This document shows positions 1-10,324 of a DNA stretch of 64,000 nucleotides, one piece after another. Position 1 is the stretch's first letter. Each line of letters starts with the position of its first letter. The notes beneath the pieces were generated by a model. It saw only the letters and a list, made by a program, of their open reading frames with translations, searched no databases and was not told the DNA's origin. The DNA is from a virus. The stretch spans positions 4,094 to 68,093 of the IMG/VR virus record IMGVR_UViG_3300042539_001764, one strand, 5' to 3'. Position numbers and translations under genes: made by a program.

Positions 1-1
1 C

Positions 2-3000
2 GATCCGGTTAATCTTGTTTATACCAATATTTCAGAGAATCCTGCGGGTGGTGTTCGCGTAAACACTTCGCTTGTTTGGTCTGCTGTGCATAGCCTTGGC
101 TCACGTCAGTTCATGCAAATGTTGACCGTCGTAGGCGCTGGCCCCATTGAAGAATTTGGCTACGGTCGCACTGCTTTTGGACAAACGCCGTTAAGGGATA
201 TTCCGTCTCAGCGTTTCTGGCTTTATTCTCAGCCGGAAGGTGGGCGTCTTGCGTTCCTTCACAATACGTATCCAGAGCCGCTTAACGCGGATGATCCTTC
301 TAGGGAAGGTATTGTTCCTTCTGACGCTGTTTACAAGGCAAACACTTCCGGACTGCAAAGGCCAGAGGGCTTTAGCCAGGCGTTTTCCCCTACAACTGCA
401 ACGTCACTAGGCGTATATGACGTTGTGCCAATCAGGGTGCAAGTTGAAGATAGGGACGACGATGGCAGCGAAGAGAGGGATTTGCTTGGAATTAGCATGA
501 CGGGAAGAGGAAGTTATTGGCCCGCGACTTGGCCAATTGTTGGCACTCGCCCGTCGTTACCAGTTGGCCATGAGTTAACTATTGTTTTCAATGAAGAAGA
601 TGGCAAACGCATCGATGAGGATGTAGAAAGGGCTGCAGTTGATTTGCGTAGCTCTTATATCACTGTTTTTGACTCATCTAGTCTGTATAAGCTTGGCGCG
701 GCCAAGTTGAAAATGATTTCTAGCACCATTAACAATGGAAGTGACGTAGAAGGACAGTTCACATTTAGGTGTGTTGAATCTGGAGTATTATGTGAGGAAG
801 ATTACAGCACTTTAAATTATCAACAAAACGGCGAAGAACTTAGGGCAAGGAAACGGCAGCTTGAAGCTCTTATTGCTCAACTTCTCATTGACAAAGGCGT
901 TGCTTTTGGTAACAAGATTAATGGTGCCACTGCAGCTCAGATTGATCAATATGCAACACGATTAGAGCAATTAGACGAAAATATTCTGCTTGCATCTGCA
1001 ATTAGAAAGGGAAATATATCATCACAAGACTTTAGGGATCTTCTTGATTCAACAGGTGCTTTTCAAGAAGCAAATAGGCAAATTAATAACTTGGAAGATG
1101 ACATTAGAGAGCGCAACAGGATTATCGATGCCAGGCGTGAAGAATTAGAAGATATCAACTCAACCATTCAAGACTTACTAGCAGAGCGTCCATTTACTGA
1201 TAACCAAAGAGACAGAATCAATAGGCTAAAAGAAAGGCGTGGAGATAAAAGACAGGCCATTCGCGATCAAACTACTGCCAAAAAAGAAAGCCGCAGGCAG
1301 ATCAATGACATCGTTCGGCGTCTCATGCCGCAAGCGATTGAAGAAGGCTTATTTGACGGTTCACCTAGGACTAACTTGCGCGAAGAGCTCCGCGCCATGC
1401 GCAAAGAGCGCCGTCAGATTAGACGCGCCATTGATGAGCTCATGCGGAATCAAAGGGATATTCCAGCAGAAACTGCGGCACAACAGGCATGGCAACAACA
1501 ATATGACGAAGCCACCAGAGAGCTGCGCGAAACGGAAGCCGAACTAAAGAATACAGACAATTGGAATGATTATTTCAATACAAAATGCATTGCAAAGATT
1601 GACGAAATTAGCTACGAAGCAACTACAAAATGTGACATCATTAATTTCTGCTTTAAGAGCAAGATTTATCAACGTATCCAAGGGAGGCAAAGTAAATATG
1701 CCGAAACTGATATGCAAGGACATAAAGATAGTGACAATGGTGTGCGCAATCGCACGTCAATGTTCTGGATGCTTTACAAAAAGCCAGGAGATTCTCGTTC
1801 TACAAGGGCGAAGTATGTATTAGCCATTCGCAATGGAAAGGAAGTTGATATTTATACGCATCTTCGTTTCATAGCTGCATCAAAGGATAAGTGGCAGTTT
1901 AAATTTGAGCCAATTGTCGATCTTCCGGCTGAACTTCGCACTCATAATGATGCGCAGCAAATCAATATGATTTATCTTCGTACATTTGGCTATGGGCTGA
2001 ATGATGAACAAAGTAGCGTCGTTCTTGATGGTGGTCATCAATTAGTATTTCGTGGCAAGATTCGCCAAACTGTTCGCCTTCGTCCTCGCTTAAATCGCAC
2101 GCCCAAGTTCATTGACGAATGGGGACTGTTTTCATTGCGTTCTGATACGCAAATTTCTTTCTCTTTTGATAGTGGTGCAGAGAATACGCTTGCTGCCGTT
2201 ACAGAGCAACAGCTTGAAGCATTCTCTCCAAATCTTTATCAAGATCTGGTAATGCTTGGTCTTAATATTTACAGTGGACAAGGTGTGCAAGATTTGCGTT
2301 CGCTTAGCGCATGGGTGACGAAGGGTAAAAAAGTAAGAAAACTTAGCGATGGTGGCAGTTATTCTTCTGGACTGGTTTCATCTACAAGCTTTGCGCCAGA
2401 AATTTTTCTTGACACAATTCTTGATGAAAAGAATGGTATTGGCGCCTATGCAAACATTAATGGTATTGATACAGCACGTCTGGGGATTGCGCAAAAGTTT
2501 TGTCGTGCCAATGGCTACTACATGGACGGAGTAATTGCCGAGCCGCAATCATGGCGAGAATTTTGGAGTACTGTTGCGCCGTTTTCCCTTCTTGAATTTG
2601 CGCGTATTGGAGGAAAAGAAACGCTCGTTCCAGCCGTGCCTTATGACACGTTTGGAAATGTCACTAGAAACATTTCTATCTCCGCATTGTTTAATCAAGG
2701 AAACATTCTTGAAGATAGCTATAAAGAGGAATTCCTTGATTATGGCGACAATACACAAGATTTAATTGCCACCATTGTTTACCGAAATACTGAAAACGAC
2801 AATGTTTTTCCTGGGAATACAAGCCTAACGATTATGCTTGCGGACGCTTCCGAAAGCAGCAGCGTTCGTCAAACATTTAATTTGTCAGACTTTATTGTAC
2901 GACGGACACAGGCTCTGCATTACGGAATGCTGCTTTGTCAGCAGCGTAGGTTATCCAGAAGAGCAGTGGAATTTAAAACATTTCCCACTGAAAGCCCTAT

Positions 3001-3409
3001 TGAGCCTGGTAGCTACATCTATGTTCAAACCGACCAGAATCAGTGGGACGATTTTCGCAGTGGCGTTGTCGAAGCTGGTGGTAGCCTAAATACGCCATTG
3101 GCAGAAGATCCAATTAACGGATCGTATACTGCGCTTTTATATAGTGGCAATCCAAGCGATTCCGTTGTCAAACTTTCTTCAGTGAGCGTTTCTAATAGTC
3201 AATCCGCTTCGTTTACCGCTTACGAAGGATGGTTATTTGTGCTTGGCACTGCTGTGACAACCAAGAGAGTATTCCGCGTGACGGAAGTAACAATGGAAGA
3301 AGAAGGTGAAATTACAGTGAGGGCAATTGAGCATCCATGCGAAGAAAGTGGTGGTCAAACAAAATCACAGATTGCACGGTTTGATCCATCGCTTTATCGT
3401 ATTGATTAA
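2..3409 (+). CDS. Tail tip / host-specificity (J-like) protein, 5' end outside window
   Basis: Frame is open from position 2, upstream of the ORF-track start at 86. >1100 aa with a central coiled-coil insertion, followed by tail genes. Confidence 0.75.
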   Translation, partial: DPVNLVYTNISENPAGGVRVNTSLVWSAVHSLGSRQFMQMLTVVGAGPIEEFGYGRTAFGQTPLRDIPSQRFWLYSQPEGGRLAFLHNTYPEPLNADDPSREGIVPSDAVYKANTSGLQRPEGFSQAFSPTTATSLGVYDVVPIRVQVEDRDDDGSEERDLLGISMTGRGSYWPATWPIVGTRPSLPVGHELTIVFNEEDGKRIDEDVERAAVDLRSSYITVFDSSSLYKLGAAKLKMISSTINNGSDVEGQFTFRCVESGVLCEEDYSTLNYQQNGEELRARKRQLEALIAQLLIDKGVAFGNKINGATAAQIDQYATRLEQLDENILLASAIRKGNISSQDFRDLLDSTGAFQEANRQINNLEDDIRERNRIIDARREELEDINSTIQDLLAERPFTDNQRDRINRLKERRGDKRQAIRDQTTAKKESRRQINDIVRRLMPQAIEEGLFDGSPRTNLREELRAMRKERRQIRRAIDELMRNQRDIPAETAAQQAWQQQYDEATRELRETEAELKNTDNWNDYFNTKCIAKIDEISYEATTKCDIINFCFKSKIYQRIQGRQSKYAETDMQGHKDSDNGVRNRTSMFWMLYKKPGDSRSTRAKYVLAIRNGKEVDIYTHLRFIAASKDKWQFKFEPIVDLPAELRTHNDAQQINMIYLRTFGYGLNDEQSSVVLDGGHQLVFRGKIRQTVRLRPRLNRTPKFIDEWGLFSLRSDTQISFSFDSGAENTLAAVTEQQLEAFSPNLYQDLVMLGLNIYSGQGVQDLRSLSAWVTKGKKVRKLSDGGSYSSGLVSSTSFAPEIFLDTILDEKNGIGAYANINGIDTARLGIAQKFCRANGYYMDGVIAEPQSWREFWSTVAPFSLLEFARIGGKETLVPAVPYDTFGNVTRNISISALFNQGNILEDSYKEEFLDYGDNTQDLIATIVYRNTENDNVFPGNTSLTIMLADASESSSVRQTFNLSDFIVRRTQALHYGMLLCQQRRLSRRAVEFKTFPTESPIEPGSYIYVQTDQNQWDDFRSGVVEAGGSLNTPLAEDPINGSYTALLYSGNPSDSVVKLSSVSVSNSQSASFTAYEGWLFVLGTAVTTKRVFRVTEVTMEEEGEITVRAIEHPCEESGGQTKSQIARFDPSLYRID

Positions 3410-3452
3410 TCATCTTTGAAAGTGCTAAGATTAAAACAAAAGCCTTAAGACG

Positions 3453-3872
3453 ATGCCCTTTTATACTGGCCGCACTGGCAAATTAAAGCTTGGCGGAAGC
3501 GAGGTGTCCAAGGTGCGCAATTGGACGTTAGACACATCTGTCAACATGCTGGACACTACAGCATTGGGAGATACTGCCAATACGTTTACGCCTGGCCTTT
3601 TTAGCGGTACTGGTAGCGCAACGCTTTCTTATTACAACGGCGATACTACTGACGTTACAAATCTTCTTGAAAAGATTGCCAAGACTGGCGCCATCACTGA
3701 TAGTGATGAAGTGACGCTTACGTTTGAAGTGGGCACCAATCAGTTCTTCACTGCTGATGCTTTTATCAATAGTGCAAGCATCACTTCTTCTACTGACGAA
3801 CTCACTAGCGTTTCATTTAATTTTACGCTTAATGGCCCCTTGACAACGGTGACGCTTACTGGCACCACTTAA
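3453..3872 (+). CDS. Minor tail protein (tail-tube-like fold)
   Basis: 139 aa, beta-rich; TG..G.L / W.L / DTT.LGD / G.G.A pattern of tail-tube-like proteins. Confidence 0.6.
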   Translation: MPFYTGRTGKLKLGGSEVSKVRNWTLDTSVNMLDTTALGDTANTFTPGLFSGTGSATLSYYNGDTTDVTNLLEKIAKTGAITDSDEVTLTFEVGTNQFFTADAFINSASITSSTDELTSVSFNFTLNGPLTTVTLTGTT

Positions 3873-3923
3873 TTTTTAATGCGCCGTTGTTAAGTACAAT
3901 GAAATGATTAATGCCGAGGCGAA

Positions 3924-4799
3924 ATGACGTTCTTTGTTGGCCATACTGGCATTGTCAGACTTCAGCGCAACGCTAGCAATAGCTTTCCCGCGATTATTTC
4001 GCCTGCGGATGTTAATACATCGCTCAACAGATTTAGCTTTGAGAATAGCGAGGATAATTTAATTACTGGAGATCTAGTAGAAATATCTACAACTGATGCA
4101 AGAGGAATTGATTTCCTTCCATCGTCTTTCTGGGGATTGCCAGAAGGGCAAAAAGCAAACAACGCAAAGGCTGTTGTCAATGTTAATAATGTAGGCGGCA
4201 TTCGTTTATATCGAGATTTTGCCGATGCAATCAATAACGTTAGAGCACAAGAGGTTTCTCTTTCTTCTTTCGCTGGGGCTGATTTAAGCACTTCTATTGC
4301 GGTGAGGGACACTCGATATAACACGCTTGGTTCTGTCACTTCTTTTGAAATTAATACTGACAGAGGGGCAATGGAAACAACCAGCCTTTCTGACGTATTC
4401 AGGCAGCAATATTCCGCAGGTTTATTAAGTGGCAATGGAAGTATTGAATGCTTGTTTAGCTATGAAACAACCGGCGTTGCCGAAACGCCTTTGCTATTGC
4501 TGCAAATTATTAATCGTTTAGACATAGGAAGCAGCTTCAAGGCACTTCTATCTTTATCGTCTGTTGAAAAAACAGCTACGTTTACCGAGGAAGTGTATTA
4601 TGAAGTGGATGCAGTTATTACGCGGGCAGGCGTTACCGTTACAGCAGATTCTTTGGTTTCCTGCTCTATAGATTTTGTTACCACTGGAGAATTCAAGCTC
4701 CGCATTGGCGTGCCTTCTGAATACATCCTGAAAGAAGACAATGATGCCATCTATCTTGAGCAGAGTCTTGATTATCTTCTGCAAGAAGTGACGGACTGA
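3924..4799 (+). CDS. Tail structural protein
   Basis: 291 aa; C-terminal half resembles the preceding tube-like protein; tail module context. Confidence 0.55.
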   Translation: MTFFVGHTGIVRLQRNASNSFPAIISPADVNTSLNRFSFENSEDNLITGDLVEISTTDARGIDFLPSSFWGLPEGQKANNAKAVVNVNNVGGIRLYRDFADAINNVRAQEVSLSSFAGADLSTSIAVRDTRYNTLGSVTSFEINTDRGAMETTSLSDVFRQQYSAGLLSGNGSIECLFSYETTGVAETPLLLLQIINRLDIGSSFKALLSLSSVEKTATFTEEVYYEVDAVITRAGVTVTADSLVSCSIDFVTTGEFKLRIGVPSEYILKEDNDAIYLEQSLDYLLQEVTD

Positions 4800-4853
4800 T
4801 AATAGCTATTATCGTTTAAGACTAGACTGTATTTAGCTTTGCCCTTCTGAGAG

Positions 4854-7800
4854 ATGGCCGATCAAAGAATCACGGAACTTGTTGAACTCTCCCAAGGGGC
4901 AGTCGCTTCTGGTGACGTACTGCCGATTGTAGATATCAGCGCCAGCCAGACCAAGAAGGTACAGGTGAAAAGCCTCATCCAGGCTGGATTTAATTTAGCG
5001 GATTCCTCGACATTAGATATTGCAAAAATCAACCAAAGTAGCACCACAAAGATTGGCACGACTGCCATCGCGGATGGCGCCATTACTTATGCAAAAATTC
5101 AAAACGTTAGTGCTACAGACAAGCTTTTAGGAAGATCTTCTGCTGGCAGTGGCAACGTTGAAGAGATTACTTGCACTTCATTTGCTCGTACTATTCTTGA
5201 TGACGCCGATGCCGCAACGGTTCGTACAACTATTGGCCTGGGGGTGGTTGCAACTGGCAATACAGTTAATACTGCTCTGATTGAAGACGAGAGCGTTACC
5301 AGTGCAAAACTAGCAAGCGGTAGCGTAACTACCGTCAAGATTGCAGACAGTGGTGTAACAAACGCAAAGCTTGCCGCAAATTCAGTTGACAGCGTACAGC
5401 TAGTTGTTAGTGGCGTAACTGCAGGAAAACTGGCTGCTGATGCTGTAGTCACCGTCAATATTGCTGACAATGCAATTACGGGCGCAAAAATTGGAGCCGC
5501 TGCGGTCAGTGGCGTTCATATCGTCGATGGAAGCATTACGCAAAGCAAGCTAGCAAGTGGAAGCATTGCTACTGCTTACATTACCGATAGCGGCGTTACG
5601 CAAGTAAAACTTGCCGCTAATGCAGTAGCCACTGTAAATATTACAGACGGGAATGTTACTGCAGCGAAACTTGCGTCTGGCTCCGTTACGCTTGCCAAGC
5701 TTTCTCTCTCCTCTGGCGAACTTTCTGGCACTCTTATTACTGCAAGCTCTATACCTTCTGGAAGCTATGCAAGTGGTTCTATTCCCACTGCTGCCATCGC
5801 GGATAACGCAGTCACTTTTGCAAAAATTCAACAAGTGGCTAGTGGAGTGCTGCTTGGCAGGGCTTCTGCGGGAAGTGGAAATATTGAAGAGATTACGCTT
5901 ACTGCTGCTGGCAGAGCATTGTTGGATGATGCTGATGCGAGCGCTCAGCGCACAACGCTCGGCCTTGGAACGCTAGCCACGCAAAATGGCACATTCTCCG
6001 GCACATCCACTGGCACTAATACGGGTGATCAAACTATTACTCTTTCGGGAGATGTTACTGGCACAGGAACAGCCGGATTTAGCACCACTATTTCTAATGA
6101 TGCTGTAACAACAGTCAAAATTCTTGATAGCGCTGTTACAACTGCAAAAATTGTTGATAGCGGAGTTACTGCAGCAAAGCTTTCTGATAACTCTGCTGCC
6201 ATTGTTGCTGGTTCCACTCCTACAGGTGATGGTGATTTTATTGGTCAGCAATGGCTCAATACGAATACTGGCGTTGAATATACCTGGACTGGTAGTGTTT
6301 GGCAGCGTCAAAGTGGCCTTTCGACAACTGTCGTTTCAGGAGATACTGTTTACAGTTTTGCCACTTCCTATCCTGATGCTTTTAGCGCCTCCATTGTTCC
6401 TTCTTTAAATACGCAAGTTGCTACACGCTTCTTCGCTGGTCCAGCCAGTGGAAGTGCAGATGCAGCTCCTACTTTCCGGGCTATCACGGCCAGCGATCTT
6501 CCAAAGGCTACCACCAGCGATTTAGGCGTTGCTCAAGCTGGCACTGGACTCGTTACTGTCAGTGGCGTTTTTAATCACGCCAACAGCGTGGCATCTGGCA
6601 CGTATTACAAGGTGACAGTAGATGCGCAGGGACATGTAAGCGCTGGCGCAGCCAGTCTTGTAGCAGATGACATTCCTGCTCTTTCTGCAAGCAAAATTAC
6701 CACTGGCACCTTTGGAAGTGGCTTTATTGCAGACGAATCAATTCTTGCTTCTAAGCTTGCCAACTATTCAGTCAGTCAGTTTGGCGAAGCGCCGCCTGTA
6801 GCAGATTTTATTGGGCAATTCTTCTTCAATCCATTGGAGAAAGACCTCTATCTATGGGATGGTAACGTTTGGAATCCAGTTGGCATTAGTGTTGGTGAAA
6901 TTATTTTTGGCGGCACTTATAACGCTTCTGGAAACACTATTGCCAGCGTTAGCGCTGATGGTGCTGGTATTGGCCTTTCTGTGGGACAACCACTTCCCGC
7001 TGCATCGACTACGTTTAACCGTTATTACGTTGTGGTAGCCAGTGGCGGTACTGGCACTTCACCGGCTCCCGAAACAACTCTGCAGCCGCCTGATATTCTG
7101 CTTTGCAATGGCACAGCGTGGGTAGAGCTTGATGTTAGTTCCACCTATCTATCTCAAACTGCTTCTAACGTAGCTTTTGCGCCAGCAGGAACCATTGGAA
7201 GCACAAATGTTCAATCTGCTATTGAAGAAGTAAATACTGAATGCCGCAATGTCAATAATGTGGCTAGCGGTATTTTGGCCACTGGTTATGGCGGCACTGG
7301 AATTAATTCTTACACCAAAGGCGATATTCTTGTTGGCAGTGGCACCACATTAGTTAAGCAAGCAATTGGAACTAACGGTCAAGTGCTTACTGCTAATTCC
7401 GCGTTTGGCGGTGGTGTTCACTGGGTGACACCTGCAAGTGGTACTGTTCTTTCCGTAAGCGTTAATTCCCCGCTCACCGTTGTTAGCGGCACCACCACTC
7501 CGGTTATTTCAATTCCCGATGCATCGACAAGCGTCAGGGGAAGCGTGCAGCTTACTGATTCTGTCTCTACTACTAGTTCTTCGCTTGCCGCTACTGCTAC
7601 TGCAGTAAAGAGTGCTTATGACTTGGCAAACGCCGCTCTTCCAAGAGCCGGAGGCACTATTACTGGCGAAGTAGTCATTGGCAGTGCTGGCACTCTTCTT
7701 TTTGAAGGAGCTAGTGATGACGCTTTTGAAATTCAACTTGCTGCGGCAGACGCCACTGCAGATAGGACGATCACGCTTCCTAATATTACGGGAACCATTG

Positions 7801-8015
7801 TTACTACTGGCGACACCAGCACTGTTACAAACACGATGCTTGCTGGCAGCATTGCCGACACAAAGCTAAGCACTATTTCTACTGCTGGAAAAGTTAGCAA
7901 TAGCGCCACTACTGCTACAAGTGCCAATACAGCCAGTGCAATTGTTGCGCGTGATGCTAGTGGAAACTTCTCTGCTGGAACCATTGATGCCACAATTGAT
8001 GAAGGAACATTCTGA
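4854..8015 (+). CDS. Long tail fibre protein
   Basis: 1053 aa rich in A/S/T/G; many VTxAK(L/I)A repeats; DASTSVRGSVQL fibre repeat; IDEGTF C-terminus. Confidence 0.8.
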   Translation: MADQRITELVELSQGAVASGDVLPIVDISASQTKKVQVKSLIQAGFNLADSSTLDIAKINQSSTTKIGTTAIADGAITYAKIQNVSATDKLLGRSSAGSGNVEEITCTSFARTILDDADAATVRTTIGLGVVATGNTVNTALIEDESVTSAKLASGSVTTVKIADSGVTNAKLAANSVDSVQLVVSGVTAGKLAADAVVTVNIADNAITGAKIGAAAVSGVHIVDGSITQSKLASGSIATAYITDSGVTQVKLAANAVATVNITDGNVTAAKLASGSVTLAKLSLSSGELSGTLITASSIPSGSYASGSIPTAAIADNAVTFAKIQQVASGVLLGRASAGSGNIEEITLTAAGRALLDDADASAQRTTLGLGTLATQNGTFSGTSTGTNTGDQTITLSGDVTGTGTAGFSTTISNDAVTTVKILDSAVTTAKIVDSGVTAAKLSDNSAAIVAGSTPTGDGDFIGQQWLNTNTGVEYTWTGSVWQRQSGLSTTVVSGDTVYSFATSYPDAFSASIVPSLNTQVATRFFAGPASGSADAAPTFRAITASDLPKATTSDLGVAQAGTGLVTVSGVFNHANSVASGTYYKVTVDAQGHVSAGAASLVADDIPALSASKITTGTFGSGFIADESILASKLANYSVSQFGEAPPVADFIGQFFFNPLEKDLYLWDGNVWNPVGISVGEIIFGGTYNASGNTIASVSADGAGIGLSVGQPLPAASTTFNRYYVVVASGGTGTSPAPETTLQPPDILLCNGTAWVELDVSSTYLSQTASNVAFAPAGTIGSTNVQSAIEEVNTECRNVNNVASGILATGYGGTGINSYTKGDILVGSGTTLVKQAIGTNGQVLTANSAFGGGVHWVTPASGTVLSVSVNSPLTVVSGTTTPVISIPDASTSVRGSVQLTDSVSTTSSSLAATATAVKSAYDLANAALPRAGGTITGEVVIGSAGTLLFEGASDDAFEIQLAAADATADRTITLPNITGTIVTTGDTSTVTNTMLAGSIADTKLSTISTAGKVSNSATTATSANTASAIVARDASGNFSAGTIDATIDEGTF

Positions 8016-8087
8016 TCATTAAAAATAAAAGCCTTTTAGAATTGCGAAAGACTAATTAGTCTTCTGTAATTCCGAAAGGCTTTAATC

Positions 8088-10181
8088 ATGGCTGGTGTTC
8101 TTCAGCATCTGCGTTCATCAACGCTTAACAAGCGTCCTAATCCTGCTTCCATGGTTGATGGTCAATTGGCCATTAACTATGCCAGTGGCAGTCCTGGGGC
8201 ATATTTCAAGGACAGCAACGGTAACCTTGTAAAAGTGGGGCCTGTGCATGTAGGGAGTGGTGCTCCTAATGCAAGTCCTGCGAGTGGTGGCACTGCTGGC
8301 AATAGTCTTGGTGAGCAATGGCTCGATACCAGTGGTGGCACTTATGTATTTAAAATTTGGGACGGCAGTGCATGGCGTAGTGAAGCTGGTGAGTTTGTAA
8401 ACGTCACTGGCGATACAATGACTGGAGCATTGGGCGTTATTGCGGGCGATGCTTCTACTCCAGGATTATTTTTTAGCGGGGACGCAAATACTGGACTCTA
8501 CTCTCCCGGCGCAGACCAAGTAGCCATCAGCACTAATGGCACGGGCAGGCTTTACATAGCGGCGGATGGAAAAATTGGAGTGGGAGTTAGTAGCCCTAAT
8601 TTTTCCGCATCAATTTATGGAGCCACAAACAGCTACTCTCAATACATCAATGCCCTAAGCGGATCTACAAGTGGTGACGGGTTTTTAGTTGGACTAGACG
8701 AAGCCGGCAGTGCAGTTCTTAGGTACAGAGAAAGTGGAAGTTTAATTTTTTACACTTCTGATACTGAGCGCCTCCGCATCACCTCAACAGGGCTCGTAGG
8801 CATAGGGACTTCTAGCCCACAGGTTCTTCTTGACATTACAGATACAGGTAATCAACCCAAGCTGCGGCTAAGTACTAACACAGCTTCAAATTTTCTTGAA
8901 ATTAGCCGATCCTCCAGTACAGGTCATTACACTTTTGCGTCCGAAGAAAATGGATCCAGCATTATTTTTGCCACTGATCCCGATGGGACAGGTGCACAAA
9001 ACAGGGTCACGATAGATCGCTACGGGAAAGTAGGGATTGGCTCTACTGCGCCTGCAGACAAGCTATCCGTGGCAGGATCTTCTTCTGCAGATTTCAGAGC
9101 TTTAACGCTTAGAAACTCCAATGGCGCAACAGGTTCGGCCGCTGTTTTAACCTTTGAGGCATCTAGTGGGACAGAGGGTGATACTGGAGCAATCGCAAGC
9201 CAAATCAAAGGTGTACGAGACAATGTTGGAACAGCGGGTGGCCTTGAGTTTTGGACATCTAATTCAGGCACTCCGTATCAACGCGCCCGCATCGACAGCT
9301 CCGGCAGGTTGTTAGTTGGCACGTCTAGTGCGCGTCAAAGTAGCGGTGGTTTGCAGGTTGAGTCAACCGCTGGCAATTCTTTTGTAACGATTACAAGGAA
9401 CGATTCAGGGCCAAATGCACCGCAATTAAGTTTGCAAAAATCCCGTGGCACCGCCAACGGTCAGTTCACAGTAGTTAATTCAAACGATCAACTGGGCCAA
9501 ATAAACTTCAAAGGCGCGGACGGTACTGCTGACATTACGGCGGCCCAAATTCTTTCTGAAGTAGATGGCACCCCTGGCACCAACGACATGCCGGGCCGCT
9601 TAGTGTTCTCCACTACTGCGGACGGGGCGAGCAGCCCGACGGAGCGGATGAGGATCAGCAACACTGGCACAGTGCTCACATACAGCACAGATGATTGTAT
9701 TTCGGCCAGAGCTTCACAAGGAGCCGGGACAAGCTACTTCTTCTATAGGGGAATGCAAGGTGCATCCAGCACCACTGCAGGCGGCACTACTTCGTTTATT
9801 GTCTACACAAACGGGAATGTCCAGAACACTAATAATAGTTACGCGGGTATTTCTGACCTTAGGCTAAAAGAGAACATTGTTGACGCCACCTCGCAGTGGG
9901 CTGACATCAAAGCCCTTCAAGTTCGCAAGTACAACTTCAGGGAAGAAACAGGTCAACAGACCCACACTCAGATCGGCCTGATCGCCCAAGAGGTTGAACT
10001 TGTTTCCCCTGGCCTCGTCAGCGAATCACCTGACCGCGACGAAGACGGCAACGACCTTGGCACCGTCACCAAGAGCGTCAATTATTCCGTGCTCTACATG
10101 AAAGCCGTCAAGGCGTTGCAGGAAGCAATGGAGCGAATCGAAACCCTTGAGGCCGCCGTTGCAACTCTGCAAGGTTCGTAG
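8088..10181 (+). CDS. Tail fibre / receptor-binding protein with C-terminal S74-type intramolecular chaperone
   Basis: Repeated R.RI...G.VGIGT modules; SDLRLKENI...IGLIAQEVE...VNY...VKALQE chaperone signature. Confidence 0.85.
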   Translation: MAGVLQHLRSSTLNKRPNPASMVDGQLAINYASGSPGAYFKDSNGNLVKVGPVHVGSGAPNASPASGGTAGNSLGEQWLDTSGGTYVFKIWDGSAWRSEAGEFVNVTGDTMTGALGVIAGDASTPGLFFSGDANTGLYSPGADQVAISTNGTGRLYIAADGKIGVGVSSPNFSASIYGATNSYSQYINALSGSTSGDGFLVGLDEAGSAVLRYRESGSLIFYTSDTERLRITSTGLVGIGTSSPQVLLDITDTGNQPKLRLSTNTASNFLEISRSSSTGHYTFASEENGSSIIFATDPDGTGAQNRVTIDRYGKVGIGSTAPADKLSVAGSSSADFRALTLRNSNGATGSAAVLTFEASSGTEGDTGAIASQIKGVRDNVGTAGGLEFWTSNSGTPYQRARIDSSGRLLVGTSSARQSSGGLQVESTAGNSFVTITRNDSGPNAPQLSLQKSRGTANGQFTVVNSNDQLGQINFKGADGTADITAAQILSEVDGTPGTNDMPGRLVFSTTADGASSPTERMRISNTGTVLTYSTDDCISARASQGAGTSYFFYRGMQGASSTTAGGTTSFIVYTNGNVQNTNNSYAGISDLRLKENIVDATSQWADIKALQVRKYNFREETGQQTHTQIGLIAQEVELVSPGLVSESPDRDEDGNDLGTVTKSVNYSVLYMKAVKALQEAMERIETLEAAVATLQGS

Positions 10182-10278
10182 TCCCCTTCACTGCTGGTTT
10201 TGAGCAAGGCAACCCTGGCAGGCGCATTTTTTGTCAGCCAGACACGTTTTTGAGCAAAGCCAGTAGTCCACGTCTTGA
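8521..10278. repeat. TAG(T/G/C)-N7-(A/T)CT(A) inverted core sites in and after the tail fibre gene
   Basis: 8521 TAGCcatcagcACTA; 8797 TAGGcatagggACTT; 9031 TAGGgattggcTCTA; 9313 TAGTtggcacgTCTA; 9601 TAGTgttctccACTA; 10179 TAGTccccttcACTG; half-site at 10264 TAGTccacgtc. Confidence 0.7.
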
Positions 10279-10303
10279 CAAGGTCTAGCAAGAAGAGTAC
10301 CAT
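10275..10303 (+). promoter_or_regulatory. Sigma70-type promoter of the recombinase
   Basis: TTGACA-17 nt-TACCAT, 21 nt upstream of the ATG at 10325. Confidence 0.7.
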
Positions 10304-10324
10304 GAGTCTCCTCTTAAAACAACC

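Noticed and set aside
4854-8015. Repeats in the long fibre gene as recombination sites
   Set aside because: The repeats are at the protein level with diverged codons; I noticed no TAGT-N7-ACTA series there, though the scan was not exhaustive.
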